Shown piece after piece: positions 44,878 to 54,696 of a stretch of DNA of 64,000 bases. Under the pieces are notes generated by a model. The model searched no databases. It saw nothing but the letters and a program-made list of their open reading frames with translations, and was not told where the DNA came from. The stretch is from the NCBI GenBank assembly GCA_018971305.1, contig JAGXBC010000001.1:173956-237955 (forward strand), written 5' to 3'. The stretch's first letter is position 1, and each line of letters starts with the position of its first letter. The position numbers were made by a program, and so were the translations under genes. This DNA is from Patescibacteria group bacterium. Its GTDB lineage: Bacteria > Patescibacteriota > Minisyncoccia > UBA6257 > 2-01-FULL-56-20.

Positions 44878-45342
44878 TCAGGCACGACGGCCATATCTCG
44901 CGGAAGGACCACGCATTCTGGCTCGCAAAAAGTCGTAGGCCTGCCTTAAGACCTTTTGGCTGTCTTTATACTTACCTAAAATTCTTTGGGCGTCCCTGAA
45001 TAAAAACCAGCCGTATCCTTGATGCTCAAAAGAAATTCTTACGTCTTTTTTGGAAGATTCCGCCAGATAAAAAATTACCACTTTAAATATGCTCTGCCCG
45101 GATTTTTTGAAGTAAAACCTCTCATAAGCCTGGAATCCCGGTATTAGGCGCAGGTCGTGCCCGGAAAGTCCGGCCTCCTCCCTCGTCTCGCGAAGCGCGG
45201 CCGCTAAACTCTCTTCTTCCGATTCAATATGCCCCTTGGGAAAATTCCAATAACTGCCACCGTGATATAGAATCAAAAACTTGGGACCTTCCTTGGTCCT
45301 CCTATAGGCGATTATTCCTGCCGATATCTCTTGTTTTGTCAT
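44878..45342 (-). CDS. NUDIX hydrolase
   Basis: Nudix box GHIESEEESLAAALRETREEAGL (GX5EX7REUXEEXGU). Confidence 0.85.
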   Translation of the reverse strand: MTKQEISAGIIAYRRTKEGPKFLILYHGGSYWNFPKGHIESEEESLAAALRETREEAGLSGHDLRLIPGFQAYERFYFKKSGQSIFKVVIFYLAESSKKDVRISFEHQGYGWFLFRDAQRILGKYKDSQKVLRQAYDFLRARMRGPSARYGRRA

Positions 45343-47069
45343 TTTAGAAATTCTAACATTTTTGCCACGGGCCAGGCATTAATAATGTCTTTTCTCTCGG
45401 CCCAACCGCGACGCGCCTGCGCAATGCCATATTCCAGATAAGGAAAGTGCGCGGGCGAATGAGCATCGGAGTCGATGGACATTTTCACCCCCATCTCCAC
45501 GCACTTTCTAATATGGTCGTCTTTCAAATCTAAGCGGTCGGGGTAGGCATCTATTTCCATTATTGTTCCGGTTTTTTTAGCCGCCTTTATTAATTCATCC
45601 ATATCAACTTCATAAGCTTCGCGGCGATTAATAATGCGTCCTGTTGGATGGAAAATAATATCAACATTTTTATTTTCCATCGCCCGCTTAATACGCGCGG
45701 TCTGCTCAGCGCGCGGCAAGTTAAAATAGGAGTGGACCGAGGCACCAACGACATCCAGCTTTGCCAAAATATTGTCCGGCAGATCAAGTGATCCGTCCTT
45801 TAAAATATCGCACTCGCTACCCTTCAGAATTTTGATTTTTCCGGCAAACTTCTTGTTTAGACGATCTATCTCGGCCATCTGCTTTAGAATCCTTTTTTCG
45901 TCCAGACCGTGCGTCATAGCCAGGCGCTTTGTGTGATCGGTTATAACTATATATTCAAGTCCATTTTTTCTAGCCGCAAGCGCCATATTCTCTATAGAAG
46001 CAGAACCGTCCGTCCATTCCGTCTGCACCTGCAAATCGCCACGGAGATCGTTATAGCCGACAAGCACCGGCAGGGCGTGTTTCCTAGCCAGCTCTATCTC
46101 GCCAGTGTTCTCGCGCATCTCCGGCTCAATATAATCCATACCGAGAGCTTTATATAGCTCTTCTTCGTTTTTGCCGGCAACCTGTTTTTTCCTTTTAAAC
46201 AATCCGTATTCGTTCAATTTATAACCCTTAGAGATGGCGATTTTGCGCAGAGCTACGTTATGGTCTTTGGAGCCGGTAAAATAATTAAGCGCCGCGCCAT
46301 ACGAGTTCGCCCTAACTACACGCAGATCAATATCCATTCCTGATTTTATTTTAATGGAAGATTTGGTCGCTCCATGCGCATGAACTTGTGCCACCTCCGG
46401 CATCTCAACAAAATAATCCATTATCGGCGCCGGTTTTTTTGAAACTACGAGAATGTCCGCATCTCCTATTGTTTCCTTGCTACGCCGAGTTGATCCGGCG
46501 ACTATTGTTTTTTCCACGCCCGGTAAAGAACGCAGACGCTCTTCAATCGTTTCTATAGTGGGCATAACAGAACCCAACACGAACCGCCCGCCCGATTTCT
46601 TTACGAATTCAATTCCCTTTAGGATATTCTCTTCGCTTTTCTTTCCAAAACCATCAAGGCGAGAAATTTTTCCCGCACGCGCCGCTTTTTCCAAATCAGC
46701 AATACCCTTAATTCCTAACTTTTGATAAAGCTTTTTTATGGACTTCGGCCCAAGACCCTCTATCCCCCCGAACTCTTCTAGCCTAACGGGTGTTTTCTTT
46801 TTTATATCTTCGTAATATTTACAACGCCCGGTTTTGATTATCTCCTCTATTTTTTCTGCGATAGACACGCCAACTCCAGGAATTTCTTCAAGCGCCTTTA
46901 GTCCGCCTTTTTCATAAATATCCCTCGCTTCTTCTTCCAGCCCGCCTATAATCTCCGCGACTTTTTCGTAAGCGCGCGGCTTAAAGGGCACGTCCTGCAT
47001 TTCCAGGTAAATAGATATCTCCGAGAGTATTTCCGCGATAATTCTATTAGTAATCTGATCTCTGGACAT
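45339..47069 (-). CDS. DNA polymerase X family protein with C-terminal PHP phosphoesterase domain (PolX)
   Basis: N-terminal HhH/Pol-beta-like domains (start MSRDQITNRIIAEILSEIS...). C-terminal PHP histidinol-phosphatase-like region (HTKRLAMTHG, HSYFN, DSDAHS). Confidence 0.85.
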   Translation of the reverse strand: MSRDQITNRIIAEILSEISIYLEMQDVPFKPRAYEKVAEIIGGLEEEARDIYEKGGLKALEEIPGVGVSIAEKIEEIIKTGRCKYYEDIKKKTPVRLEEFGGIEGLGPKSIKKLYQKLGIKGIADLEKAARAGKISRLDGFGKKSEENILKGIEFVKKSGGRFVLGSVMPTIETIEERLRSLPGVEKTIVAGSTRRSKETIGDADILVVSKKPAPIMDYFVEMPEVAQVHAHGATKSSIKIKSGMDIDLRVVRANSYGAALNYFTGSKDHNVALRKIAISKGYKLNEYGLFKRKKQVAGKNEEELYKALGMDYIEPEMRENTGEIELARKHALPVLVGYNDLRGDLQVQTEWTDGSASIENMALAARKNGLEYIVITDHTKRLAMTHGLDEKRILKQMAEIDRLNKKFAGKIKILKGSECDILKDGSLDLPDNILAKLDVVGASVHSYFNLPRAEQTARIKRAMENKNVDIIFHPTGRIINRREAYEVDMDELIKAAKKTGTIMEIDAYPDRLDLKDDHIRKCVEMGVKMSIDSDAHSPAHFPYLEYGIAQARRGWAERKDIINAWPVAKMLEFLK

Positions 47070-47076
47070 TGTCGGT

Positions 47077-47757
47077 TTAACGATTTTTGTCCAAAGGCAC
47101 ACTTAGTTTCGCGGAAGGACCATCCTTAGGGATAACAGTGGCTAGGGGGGTTGTTTGTTTCGGCAAAATAAGGTCTGGGGCCATTATCAGCAAAACCGCC
47201 GATAACGCAGAAAATATTCCGGCGAAGATGAAAACCGCCGGGAACCCCCAGGAGTTAGCGATAATTCCCCCGACAAATCCGCTTACACCGGCCGAAACTC
47301 CGGCCGCCGTACTATCCAATGCCCAATCAAAAGAAATCCTGTCTTTATCCAAGTGCCGCGAGAAAATAGCCGGCCAGGAGGCGGCGTAGAGAGCGAAACC
47401 AATAGCGTGAATAATCTGAACCAAATATAATTGCCAGATCTCTTTTACGAGAGCGAAAGAAATTGCCGAAAAGGCGGCAAGCAATAAGCCAAATATCAGA
47501 GCGTAGAAATCATCTTTCTCTCCCGGTGTCTTATCTAAATAATTGGCGAGTGGAAGTTGTAGCAACGATTTGAGAAGCCAATAAATAGCGGCCGAGGCCC
47601 CAACGGTTATCAGAGTGGCTCCGGCTATATTCTGAATTATAAATATGGAAAATACGGGTTCGATCAAACCCCAGCCGGCCAAAAGGGTTAAATCAGACAA
47701 AATAAAATACTTTACGAGGCGGCCAACTTTTATGTCCAGGCTTATTCTTATTTTCAT
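47077..47757 (-). CDS. 6-TM MFS-like half-size membrane protein (possibly a truncated transporter)
   Basis: 226 aa, six hydrophobic helices. Resembles the C-terminal half of an MFS permease. No N-terminal half in either flank. Confidence 0.4.
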   Translation of the reverse strand: MKIRISLDIKVGRLVKYFILSDLTLLAGWGLIEPVFSIFIIQNIAGATLITVGASAAIYWLLKSLLQLPLANYLDKTPGEKDDFYALIFGLLLAAFSAISFALVKEIWQLYLVQIIHAIGFALYAASWPAIFSRHLDKDRISFDWALDSTAAGVSAGVSGFVGGIIANSWGFPAVFIFAGIFSALSAVLLIMAPDLILPKQTTPLATVIPKDGPSAKLSVPLDKNR

Positions 47758-47860
47758 CCCGTTAGAAAATTAAAGCCTGCGCCGGTCGACTCCGGGCCCC
47801 CGATTACTTGGTCGGTTGTTTTATCGTTACCTATTAGCATTATTAATTTTCTAACTGGAT

Positions 47861-50413
47861 TCATGCCTTTGTTTCGCCGATCTCATTAAATTGTATTTCT
47901 TCTCCGACAGAAGAAACCTTTATATGGCTGCCGCGATTTACTGTTTTTTTCAATATCTTCTGCGCGAGCGGGGCACGAAGCTTTTCATCTATCACTCGGC
48001 GCAGAGGCCTCGCACCGAATGCAGGATCATAACCAAGCTTAACAAGCTCACTAATCAGAGAGTCGTCGAATTCCATCTTTATACCCTGCTCGGCTACCAT
48101 GGCCGCGACATCCTGCAGATTAATTGAGACTATCTTAGCCAGATCTACCGGAAGAAGATTTTTAAAAATAACGATGCGCGAGAATCTATTGATAAGTTCC
48201 GGCTTAAAAACATCGGTTAATCTTTTCTTTAGATATTCCGATATTTCCGACATGGACTGTCCTTTATTCAGAGCATCGTTGATGATATCCGAATGGGCGT
48301 TGGACGTGGCGATAATAACCGTATTTTGAAAATCAACCACTCTTCCCAAGTTGTCGGTCAGGCGGCCATCATCCAAAACCTGCAGAAAAAGGTTGAGTAT
48401 GTCCGGAAATGCTTTTTCAAACTCATCCAAAAGCACCAAGCTGTATGGTTTCTGTAAAATCGCATCTGTGAGCGTACCGTTCACGCTGCCATCCGGTGAA
48501 CCGATAAATCTGTAGAAACTTTGCTTGTCTTGGTATTCCGTCATATCAAAACGCACCATCGCTTTTTCCGAGCCGAACTGAACGCGCGCCAGAATCTTAG
48601 CGAGCTCGGTTTTGCCGACGCCGGTAGGGCCAACAAAGAGAAAACTGGAAATCGGGCCGCCGGCGCGAGAAAGGCCGCTTCTATATTCTCGTAAAGATTC
48701 GGATACGGCGCGCACGGCTTCTTCCTGATCGATTAGACGTTCGTGAATAATATTCTCCAGGTTCAAAAGTTGTTTAGCTTCGTCACCGGACGCCTCGTGG
48801 ATAGGAATATTCACCTTAGCCTCTGCCACCCTGATAACCTGCTCCGGGCCAAGAACTTTTTCTCCCCTTCTTTTTACGTCTACTACAGCGCTTTTCAATA
48901 GTTCCTCGGCGCTTGCCGGTAAAAATTTATTGCGAAAATATTTTTTAGCGAGAATCACGGATTTCTTTACGGCGCCGAAACTAATGGTAACGCCAAACTG
49001 CTTCTCCAACAGCAACCCATCGTAACTCAAGATTTTTTCGGCTTCGTCTTCCTTTATTTCATTAACTCTGATAATTTCAAATGCGCCGGCGAAATCGCTT
49101 CTCGGCTCAATGAACTGCTTAAACTCTTTGGGATATGTAGCACCAATTATAGGAAAAGAATTATTCATAATTATCGGCATCAGCTCATCGGCGGCGGAAA
49201 GGTATGCCGTACCCGAGGTCCGCACTAAATTATGAATGTCCGCGATATAGATTATAATATTGCCGGCAGTTATGATCTCCTCAATAATTTTCTTCAGCCG
49301 CTGATTCAACTCTTCCGGCGGCGCTCCCGCAACCAAGCTACCAAGCTCCAATCCCACAAGCCTCTTGTCGAAAAGTGCCTGTGGCACTTCGTCTTTGGAT
49401 AATTTATAAGCCAAGTGGGCAACCAATGTTTCCTTGCCTATACCGGATTCACCTATCAGCAAGGCATTAGGGTTTATCGGCCGAGCCAATGTATCTATTA
49501 ATCGTTCCAATTCTTCTTTATGACCGATAAGAAACCCCGCGCGTCCCTGCCTGGCTAAATCGGTGAAATCGGTGGAATATCTATCTAGAGTAGGAGTCGG
49601 TCTTGAAGTCCAATCCCTGTTCATGATTCTGTGCCTTGACCGAACCGGTCCCGACACAAAACCGGCTACGCTGCCGGGCAAACGTCCGAACGAAGAACTC
49701 TTACTTAAGGAGCTGAAAATCAATGCTCTTTCCAGGTCCCCGGCATCAATCCCGAAGATTCCGAATATCCTCTTCAAAGATTCGTTTTCTATTAGGGGGA
49801 GGGAAGAAAATAGGTCGCTTAATTCTATGAATGCGTGTCCCGACTCCAACGCCCGATTCAGAGCGCTAACCGTTAAAAGTTCCACGTTCCCGAGGAGAGA
49901 TTCTTGTGTCGGACCCACTCCTTCGCCCCTGCCGCTGGCGGATAAAAATTCTTCGATTTTCTGCCTGAATTCATCAAAGGGAATATCAAGGCGCCTCAAG
50001 CCGCTTTCTATTTCAGAAAAATTAAGAAGCTGGCGCGCCAGTTCCAAAAAGAAATCGTGCCGAGTGATTAGGCTACTATCGAAAGATTTTTCTATTATCC
50101 CGAATGCCTTCGGCCTAAGAAATAAGGCCAGATTAACCCTTCCCTTTCTGGGGAATTCTGTAAGCGGCTTATCCGCCTGCCTCAGGTGCATTACTCTGTC
50201 TAGTAAGAATAAAATCAGAAATATACCGAAGAAACGCATCCAGGTTAAATCAGACAAAATAAATGTCGCGGTTGCGGCGGCAAGAACCAGGTATCCAATG
50301 TAGCTCAAAATCCTCACCAAAAATCTGCCTGGCCAGCTCATCCGCAGGCGCGGGTCGTTGAAGGAAAGTTTTAATTCCTGAGCTCTTTTTGTTTTAGAAA
50401 TTTCTTGCTGCAT
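47861..50413 (-). CDS. membrane-anchored ClpB/ClpC-like double-AAA+ protein with degenerate D1 ATPase domain
   Basis: N-terminal TM helices (FLVRILSYIGYLVLAAATATFIL; FFGIFLILFLL). D1 Walker A LLIGESGIGKETLV has K-E in place of K-T. D1 Walker B IIIYIADIH has A-D in place of D-E. D2 is intact: [38 protein letters not shown]. Confidence 0.75.
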   Translation of the reverse strand: MQQEISKTKRAQELKLSFNDPRLRMSWPGRFLVRILSYIGYLVLAAATATFILSDLTWMRFFGIFLILFLLDRVMHLRQADKPLTEFPRKGRVNLALFLRPKAFGIIEKSFDSSLITRHDFFLELARQLLNFSEIESGLRRLDIPFDEFRQKIEEFLSASGRGEGVGPTQESLLGNVELLTVSALNRALESGHAFIELSDLFSSLPLIENESLKRIFGIFGIDAGDLERALIFSSLSKSSSFGRLPGSVAGFVSGPVRSRHRIMNRDWTSRPTPTLDRYSTDFTDLARQGRAGFLIGHKEELERLIDTLARPINPNALLIGESGIGKETLVAHLAYKLSKDEVPQALFDKRLVGLELGSLVAGAPPEELNQRLKKIIEEIITAGNIIIYIADIHNLVRTSGTAYLSAADELMPIIMNNSFPIIGATYPKEFKQFIEPRSDFAGAFEIIRVNEIKEDEAEKILSYDGLLLEKQFGVTISFGAVKKSVILAKKYFRNKFLPASAEELLKSAVVDVKRRGEKVLGPEQVIRVAEAKVNIPIHEASGDEAKQLLNLENIIHERLIDQEEAVRAVSESLREYRSGLSRAGGPISSFLFVGPTGVGKTELAKILARVQFGSEKAMVRFDMTEYQDKQSFYRFIGSPDGSVNGTLTDAILQKPYSLVLLDEFEKAFPDILNLFLQVLDDGRLTDNLGRVVDFQNTVIIATSNAHSDIINDALNKGQSMSEISEYLKKRLTDVFKPELINRFSRIVIFKNLLPVDLAKIVSINLQDVAAMVAEQGIKMEFDDSLISELVKLGYDPAFGARPLRRVIDEKLRAPLAQKILKKTVNRGSHIKVSSVGEEIQFNEIGETKA

Positions 50414-50741
50414 AGATTAAGATGGCTGCGGGAATCAAAAGCCAGATACCATACATGGCCAAAAATATCGCCGCCACAAACATATAAATAACACCGCCTA
50501 TTAAAATTCTCCCGGAGCGGAATATAAAACCAAGCAGTCTGCCGACGACCGTGTAGTCTTTATATAGCGGTTGAAACAGATAATGGAAGGTTATCCTGAT
50601 GGCAAAGGTTTTATCCAGATTCTCCAGGGTGGAAATGAATTTGTGGGCGAACGAACGCGTGCCGTCAACGTACCAATGATGGAAAAAATCTCCAAGGCGG
50701 TAGAAAAACCTGGCCGTCAGATATGTTAGGGCGAAGTTCAT
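50394..50741 (-). CDS. small membrane protein, hypothetical (overlaps the start of the Clp-like gene)
   Basis: 115 aa. Two or three hydrophobic helices. Its stop overlaps the downstream start by 20 nt. Confidence 0.4.
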   Translation of the reverse strand: MNFALTYLTARFFYRLGDFFHHWYVDGTRSFAHKFISTLENLDKTFAIRITFHYLFQPLYKDYTVVGRLLGFIFRSGRILIGGVIYMFVAAIFLAMYGIWLLIPAAILIYAARNF

Positions 50742-50791
50742 ATATTTACATTATAGCAACAAAAAGGGACAGATATAATCTGTCCCCGGTA

Positions 50792-51382
50792 TTATTCGGA
50801 TAAGGGCAACCGATATCTTCCGGTCTCCTCATTTAGGCGAAAACCCGAGCGTTTTGCGGTAACATCGTAGTGCATATACATACGCTCCCTAACCCCACCG
50901 GTTTCCAACTTATACCAAGGACTTTGTTCGGAGCTAATAATTTCAATCAGTCGGACACCATAAGATTTTGACCAATCAACAACTATCGCTACCAACATTC
51001 TTTCCCACCTGATTGCACTAAGATAATCCTTCACAAAAGGAGATCCCTGTATCTGTTGTATTGTTAGTGTCTTGGAATTACAATCAAAATCGAAACCAAT
51101 CAAGGCTATCGGAGATGCCATCAATAAATTTTTTCTGACGACAAGTAAAAAGTTATACTCGGCATCAAGATATATAGCCGGAGAAACCAATCCAGAAACG
51201 AAGCTTGCGGAATAATAATTGGATTTGCCTGCAGTGCCCCGCCTCTCGGAAAAGAGACGGTAATGGTATGCCTGCGATTGGCCAGGTTTCAAAAAACGCT
51301 TCAGATAGAAACCAATATCAATATCATCAGCCTCTCTATAGACATCAATGTTATTGAGACCAGCCAAAACATTCTTCACCAA
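50792..51382 (-). CDS. hypothetical protein
   Basis: 196-aa ORF with no family recognised. Confidence 0.4.
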   Translation of the reverse strand: MVKNVLAGLNNIDVYREADDIDIGFYLKRFLKPGQSQAYHYRLFSERRGTAGKSNYYSASFVSGLVSPAIYLDAEYNFLLVVRKNLLMASPIALIGFDFDCNSKTLTIQQIQGSPFVKDYLSAIRWERMLVAIVVDWSKSYGVRLIEIISSEQSPWYKLETGGVRERMYMHYDVTAKRSGFRLNEETGRYRLPLSE

Positions 51383-51461
51383 GAGTCACCCCCCGTCCGC
51401 AAAAAGATAATTCAATAAACTTTCTATTTTATAAACCTAGTTATGAATAAAGTAAAGACTC

Positions 51462-52163
51462 TTAAAACAATTTCTGCGGCGGTTTTTTTGTTGCGATTTT
51501 TTTGGCTTTAGCCTCCGGCATGGGCGGCATAGCGGTCAGCGCCTCGGCGACTAATTCCCCTGAAACGACTTTCGGCAGCTTCTTCATGTCTTCGCGGAAA
51601 GTTTCCATCATCTGCGTGGAGCGCAATGCCGCGGCCGGATGATAAACCGGGAAAATCAAGCGGTCGTCTATCTTAAAGACACGTCCGTGGTCGCGCGTAA
51701 TCTTCGCAAGCGGCAAGAAATAATTCATTGAGAAGCGGCCGAGGCAAACTATAACTTTCGGATTTATAATGTCTATCTGCCTCGTAAGGTATGGCTTATA
51801 TTTTTCTATTTCTTCTGGCAGAGGGTCGCGGTTGTCTGGCGGTCGGCGCTTAACTATATTTGTAATATAAACGTCTTTCCGCTCCCAGCCAATTTCTTGT
51901 ATGAGTTTATCCAAAAGCTGTCCGCCCCGCCCGACAAACGGGCGGCCCAAACGGTCCTCGTTGAATCCTGGCGCTTCCCCTACAAACATAACTCGGCAAT
52001 CCGGATTGCCTTCGCCAAAAACAAGATTTGATTCGCGTAGCGGCAACGAGACATTGGCGATAATCTCTTTTTCTAAGTCCCTAAGCGCTCCTGATTTTTC
52101 CATATCCATATTATATATCAACAACCCAAATAAACTTATTGCCATCAAAAAACCGCCCCTCAC
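51462..52163 (-). CDS. uracil-DNA glycosylase, family 4 (UdgA-type)
   Basis: GEAPGFNEDRLGRPFVGRGGQLLDKLI... matches the family-4 UDG signature. Lys-rich C-terminal tail. Confidence 0.8.
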   Translation of the reverse strand: MRGGFLMAISLFGLLIYNMDMEKSGALRDLEKEIIANVSLPLRESNLVFGEGNPDCRVMFVGEAPGFNEDRLGRPFVGRGGQLLDKLIQEIGWERKDVYITNIVKRRPPDNRDPLPEEIEKYKPYLTRQIDIINPKVIVCLGRFSMNYFLPLAKITRDHGRVFKIDDRLIFPVYHPAAALRSTQMMETFREDMKKLPKVVSGELVAEALTAMPPMPEAKAKKIATKKPPQKLF

Positions 52164-52171
52164 GAGCGGTT

Positions 52172-52195
52172 TTTTTCTTTGTGCACAAAGAAAAA
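52172..52195. repeat. perfect 24-bp palindrome immediately downstream of hup
   Basis: TTTTTCTTTGTG|CACAAAGAAAAA. A second terminator hairpin (ACCGC..GCGGT + T6 on the minus strand) follows at 52150-52171. Confidence 0.8.
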
Positions 52196-52200
52196 CGGTG

Positions 52201-52485
52201 TTAGTTCAAAATCGCCTCTTTGGCGGCTTTGGCTACACGGAATTTAACAACTGTCTTGGCCTTGATCTGGATCTGCTCTCCAGTCGCCGGATTTCGCCCC
52301 ATGCGAGCCGCACGGTGCTTCTTGACCAACTTGCCGAATCCCGGAAGAGAGAATTCACCGGCGGATTTGACCTGGCCGTAAGCGATACTGGCAAGCGTTT
52401 CCAAAAAAGCTCCTGCCTGCTTTTTGGACACCTCGGATTTCTCAGCGAGCTGGCCCAAAAGCTCTGACTTTGTCATTTTTGCCAT
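52201..52485 (-). CDS. hup: DNA-binding protein HU
   Basis: 94 aa. MAKMTKSELLGQLAEKSEVSKKQAGAFLETL...GFGKL...RNPATGE... is the HU/IHF signature. Confidence 0.9.
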   Translation of the reverse strand: MAKMTKSELLGQLAEKSEVSKKQAGAFLETLASIAYGQVKSAGEFSLPGFGKLVKKHRAARMGRNPATGEQIQIKAKTVVKFRVAKAAKEAILN

Positions 52486-52566
52486 GGCTTTATTTTTTAA
52501 TTTTATTATCGACTTTTATGTATTTATTATAGCAAAAACGCCCAAATAGCAAAAACCGCCTTCTTG

Positions 52567-52638
52567 TGCCCCCGCGAGGAATTGAACCTCGATCACCTCC
52601 TTCGGAGGGAGATATTCTATCCGTTGAACTACGAGGGC
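52567..52638 (-). tRNA. tRNA-Arg (anticodon CCG)
   Basis: Minus strand GCCCTCG-TA-GTTC-AACGGATA-GAAT-A-TCTCC-CTCCGAA-GGAGG-TGAT-CGAGG-TTCAATT-CCTCG-CGGGGGC-A. The acceptor has one T.G wobble. Confidence 0.85.
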
Positions 52639-52646
52639 AATTGGTC

Positions 52647-53768
52647 TTATCCTACGATAAAATAGTAGATTTCGTAAGCCGCCGCCAAAATAAATATCGC
52701 AGATGCCAAATGAAATAATAGCTTCTTAATTCCCGGGGGATCCAAGACTTTTTTACCGACAAGAACTATAAATAAGTACTGCAAGCTAACAAACACCCCG
52801 CCGACAAGCCCGATGACTTTTAAGAAATTATTCAATCCGAGGAGAAAAAGCATTGGTGGCAAAAAGGCGACCAACACCAATCCATATAGCGGCTTCCAAC
52901 TTAAATCTGATTCCAGGGAATTCTTGATTTCCAACCCTATCGGCAAGTAAGAAGTCCAGATGGCAGATAATCCCAGAACGCCGATTATTATAATTTTAAA
53001 GCGTTGCCAACCGACAAGAGCGGAAATCGTATCGGGAGTTATAAAAAGTACCGAGCCCAGAATCCCCATCACGAACATTAAGTAAAGAAGGGCTGTGCCT
53101 GTCGTACCGCAGATCATTGCCAGATAGGGTTGACCAGGAATGGTTAAGTTTTTCTTTGCGTCCTCCTCAATCCCATAAACAGGTTCAATTGCCGTCCAGC
53201 CAGCCAAAGAAAAAAATATTGCGCCGAAGGGCAGAAAAATATTTTTCACGTCAAATATTTTTAATTGAGCAAGAGCACCGGATGGATTAGATGTAAAAAA
53301 AATAAAAACTATGGCGGCGGCCATAAGTGCTATCCCTCCGGTTTCAAGGAGAACACTACGACGCTCCTTGAATAAGAATGGAGTGGTGGCCAAGAGCCAG
53401 AATATCAACGTAGCGGCAACAGGTGAGAGGTTTGGAAATAAAATCTTAATAAATTGGCTGCCAAGGATTAGATAGACAACGAGCGTAAGAACAAGGCCAG
53501 CTAGAACCACAAAAATCCCGAAACCGAAAGCGTAGGAACCCAAATAGGTTCTGATTAAACCCAATAAACGGTTCTTTTCTCTTATTTTCTCCAGAACCCG
53601 GAAATAAATAAAATGGACCAGGATAATAATAATGGAGAAAATGCATAAATAAAAAAGCCCGGTTAGCCAGCCGGACACCGCAAAAACATAGGGTAGCGCA
53701 AAAATCCCCGCCCCAAGTGTTGTCGCCGCAACAATCCCGGATTCTTTAATAAAGCCGCCGAGGCGCAT
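52647..53768 (-). CDS. amino acid permease (aromatic/APC-type amino acid transporter family)
   Basis: 373 aa, about 11 TM helices. The N-terminal TTLGAGIFALPY motif is typical of TnaB/Mtr-type transporters. Confidence 0.55.
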   Translation of the reverse strand: MRLGGFIKESGIVAATTLGAGIFALPYVFAVSGWLTGLFYLCIFSIIIILVHFIYFRVLEKIREKNRLLGLIRTYLGSYAFGFGIFVVLAGLVLTLVVYLILGSQFIKILFPNLSPVAATLIFWLLATTPFLFKERRSVLLETGGIALMAAAIVFIFFTSNPSGALAQLKIFDVKNIFLPFGAIFFSLAGWTAIEPVYGIEEDAKKNLTIPGQPYLAMICGTTGTALLYLMFVMGILGSVLFITPDTISALVGWQRFKIIIIGVLGLSAIWTSYLPIGLEIKNSLESDLSWKPLYGLVLVAFLPPMLFLLGLNNFLKVIGLVGGVFVSLQYLFIVLVGKKVLDPPGIKKLLFHLASAIFILAAAYEIYYFIVG

Positions 53769-54034
53769 CAGGCAAGTAGATACACCAAATCTCCCTCACG
53801 AACCTTGCCATCGACTTTAATGCCGACTTCTTGCCCCTTCTTCGCAGAGGCAATACCTTTATGGTCGTACTGCATTGATTTTATCGCTTCTTCAAGATCT
53901 GTAGTGGCTCCTTTAAAATGAACCTTTGTGCCAACCTCAACTTTTTTACTGAATTTTACTATAGCCACGCTCAGGTTGCCATAAAAATGGGTAACTGTGC
54001 CGATCGGTTTCTGTTCTTTTTTATTCTTGGGCAT
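53768..54034 (-). CDS. small beta-barrel protein (EF-Tu domain-2-like), hypothetical
   Basis: 88 aa, Lys-rich, GxVxHFxxxLSVAIVK pattern. Confidence 0.35.
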   Translation of the reverse strand: MPKNKKEQKPIGTVTHFYGNLSVAIVKFSKKVEVGTKVHFKGATTDLEEAIKSMQYDHKGIASAKKGQEVGIKVDGKVREGDLVYLLA

Positions 54035-54067
54035 AAAAATAAATCATTGATCCGACCTTTTGGGAAT

Positions 54068-54664
54068 TTATTCCTCAAGGCCTTTTTCTTCCTTCTTTAT
54101 CAATTCAATGACTTTTCCCAAAAGCGCTGCCGGGTCGCTCTCAAAAACAACCTTTCCTGTGCCGCGGTGCGCTCCCTCTAAAATATCCTGCAGCATATCG
54201 CTTATTCCTCCGCTGCCCAAAAGTACCCCTTGAGGTTTTTTATCTTCAAAGGCAATCGTGAATTCATTCAGCGTCCCTGTCCTGCCGCAAATAGTTATGA
54301 CTGCGTCGGCGGAACGAGTCAGGAGAAGGTTCCTGCCGGCGTAATCAAATCCGGTATAAACAATAAGATCGTGATAATCCAGTGGCAGGTGGTAGCTTTT
54401 TACGTGAGCTATTTTAGAGGCCGCCGGCGAGAGACCGATTACGATACCGCCGGCTTCCTTAGCCCCTTTAGCAGACCAAAAAGGAATTCCAGTGGTTGCC
54501 CCGGTCACAACTATCATATCCATCTCGGCTATAAGTCTGCCAATCTCCTCGGCCTTCTCGGCCGCCTCTTTTGAACAGATATCGGTTTCTGCCGCCCCGG
54601 AAATACAGATCTTATACTTCGGCTGATAAGTGTTGTCTCCGTGAGAATGATTGTCTTGAGGCAT
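54068..54664 (-). CDS. LOG/TIGR00725-family Rossmann-fold nucleotide-binding protein
   Basis: ICISGAA...VVTGATTGIP...ADAVITICGRTGTLNEFTIA matches the LOG/SLOG family pattern. Confidence 0.65.
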   Translation of the reverse strand: MPQDNHSHGDNTYQPKYKICISGAAETDICSKEAAEKAEEIGRLIAEMDMIVVTGATTGIPFWSAKGAKEAGGIVIGLSPAASKIAHVKSYHLPLDYHDLIVYTGFDYAGRNLLLTRSADAVITICGRTGTLNEFTIAFEDKKPQGVLLGSGGISDMLQDILEGAHRGTGKVVFESDPAALLGKVIELIKKEEKGLEE

Positions 54665-54696
54665 TTGTTTAATTATAACACCAAATCCGCGACTAT

